DNA of 64,000 bases from a phage, in the sequence record PZ445526.1; one strand, 5' to 3'. Under the pieces are notes generated by a model. It was not told the origin of the DNA. It did not search any database and worked only from the letters and a program-made list of their open reading frames with translations. The stretch's first letter is position 1; every line of letters begins with the position of its first letter. A program made the position numbers and the translations under genes. This document shows, one piece after another, positions 62,707-64,000 of this stretch.

Positions 62707-63549
62707 TTAATCAACTGCTATTGGATGAATAGCATTAAACTTATGAAATGCTTCTGATTTTTCTTTACGCGAAACACACATGCGAAGAACCTTTAATGGC
62801 TCATCTTCTTCACCCAACGATTTTCGTTTTTCAATATTAGAAGTTTTCCAACGAGCTTGCTCTGGAAACTCTCTATTGATTTGCTCAAGCGCTCTATTAT
62901 GTTTAGAATTACTACGAATTGAACTGCACCCGCCAGGAGCTTGTGCTTTTCCAGATACAACCAGATATTTGAACAAGGCCAAATGCGGATAACCTTGATT
63001 AATTAAATTGAGAAATGCATACATATCTTCACATAAATCAATTTTTCCATACCCAATTTGTTCTGTCGTAAGTTTTCCAAGGTCATACCATGTATTCGTG
63101 AATCCATATGAATTTTCACGATAATTACCCCAAGATGAAGTAATTTTAAAAATAGGTAGACGAGCATGGCCATGATAATACCCGCAATCCATGGCATCCT
63201 CAACATATTGAATCAATTCATAGAACTGTTCACGAGTTAATTGATTAATTTTATCTACACATCGGCGATCATCTCTTTTTCGCATTGAACTCATACGAAT
63301 AGTAGTATCATCGTCAATCATCCAGATTCGTTGACCTGCATACATGTCAGTAATTGCTTTACGAGTACCGGCAATTCCATTTACATCATCAGGAATAGTT
63401 ACAATTTTAGCTCTAGACCCATAGGCATCATAATAAGCTTTTTCTTCGTGTTCACGCACTACAATATGCGGTTCATAATCAGTCGGAAACATATCAAGGG
63501 CAAAAACTGCCCCTACACGTTGATAGCTTGGAATTACGAATTGAATCAT
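62707..63549 (-). CDS. DNA glycosyltransferase, about 280 aa; likely beta-glucosyl-HMC alpha-glucosyltransferase (T2/T6 type)
   Basis: GT-A-like DDD motif (IWMIDDDTTIRM); occupies the uvsX-42 slot where T4 has beta-gt but is about 70 aa shorter. Confidence 0.65.
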   Translation of the reverse strand: MIQFVIPSYQRVGAVFALDMFPTDYEPHIVVREHEEKAYYDAYGSRAKIVTIPDDVNGIAGTRKAITDMYAGQRIWMIDDDTTIRMSSMRKRDDRRCVDKINQLTREQFYELIQYVEDAMDCGYYHGHARLPIFKITSSWGNYRENSYGFTNTWYDLGKLTTEQIGYGKIDLCEDMYAFLNLINQGYPHLALFKYLVVSGKAQAPGGCSSIRSNSKHNRALEQINREFPEQARWKTSNIEKRKSLGEEDEPLKVLRMCVSRKEKSEAFHKFNAIHPIAVD

Positions 63550-64000
63550 TTCCACTCACCGTTATAATCTTTTTTCACAATATGAGTTTCGCCAGTATTC
63601 CACCAGTGATCAACCAAGTAAAAATGACGAGAATATACATGAAGACTTCCAACATTCCATATAATAGAACCTGCTTTATACTGACGAGTTGAATCGCCTG
63701 CATTCAAATCAGATACTAATTTATCTAATACGTATTTTTGCCATGCATAATCATTACGGAATCCGAAGACCACGTCATTTGAGCGCATGCTTACTACTGC
63801 ATTGACTTTCTTATCACGAATCAGGTACTGTACTGTATTCGTACACATGAAATCTGACATACCATCTTTATTGTAGTCAAATTGCATGGATGGACGAGTA
63901 TAAATCATGATACCACGTCGAGAATCAGGATTTTGACCAAGTTCAGCTAAACACATATCATACTGGGCATAGTTATCTTCTGACCAAATAGCCCAACCAT
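63546..64000 (-). CDS. 42: dCMP hydroxymethylase gp42, C-terminal part; N-terminus lies beyond the window end
   Basis: Reading frame is open to position 64000; stop at 63546 overlaps the upstream ATG; position matches T4 gene 42. Confidence 0.8.
   Translation of the reverse strand, partial: GWAIWSEDNYAQYDMCLAELGQNPDSRRGIMIYTRPSMQFDYNKDGMSDFMCTNTVQYLIRDKKVNAVVSMRSNDVVFGFRNDYAWQKYVLDKLVSDLNAGDSTRQYKAGSIIWNVGSLHVYSRHFYLVDHWWNTGETHIVKKDYNGEWK

Overview
This window reads as a contiguous segment of a T-even (T4-like, Tequatrovirus-type) coliphage genome, almost fully coding and syntenic with the T4 map, which is my basis for most gene names. Most genes are on the minus strand: the 30.x region, rIII, 31, cd, pseT, spanins, alc, rnlA, denA, nrdB, an HNH endonuclease, nrdA, td, frd, 32, 59, 33, dsbA and rnh. 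A plus-strand late block at 21.4-32.4 kb carries long tail fibre genes 34-38 and holin t. The minus strand then resumes with asiA, arn, motA, 52, ac, stp, ndd, denB, rIIB, rIIA, 39, dexA, dda, modA, modB, soc, 56, 61, sp, dmd, 41, 40, uvsX, a glycosyltransferase and the 3' part of gene 42. Identifications rest on reading the translated ORFs against remembered T4 proteins, gene order and motifs; no database search was possible. Compared with T4 as I recall it, the window differs in several ways: td and nrdB are uninterrupted, topoisomerase genes 39 and 60 are a single 605-codon ORF, there is no room for segF or dam, an extra ORF sits between frd and td, and the fibre genes are T2/T6-like (gp37 with a C-terminal chaperone-like domain plus a glycine-rich gp38). 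I found no CRISPR array, tRNA gene or integrase. I did not find one clearly undescribed multi-gene system; the best novelty candidates are the frd-td ORF, a NADAR-like ORF, the small plus-strand ORF at the 56/61 junction, and the small-ORF clusters. The ORF track reports TTG/GTG codons as M, so I re-anchored several starts on in-frame ATG codons with Shine-Dalgarno sequences; promoter calls are motif-based and tentative.
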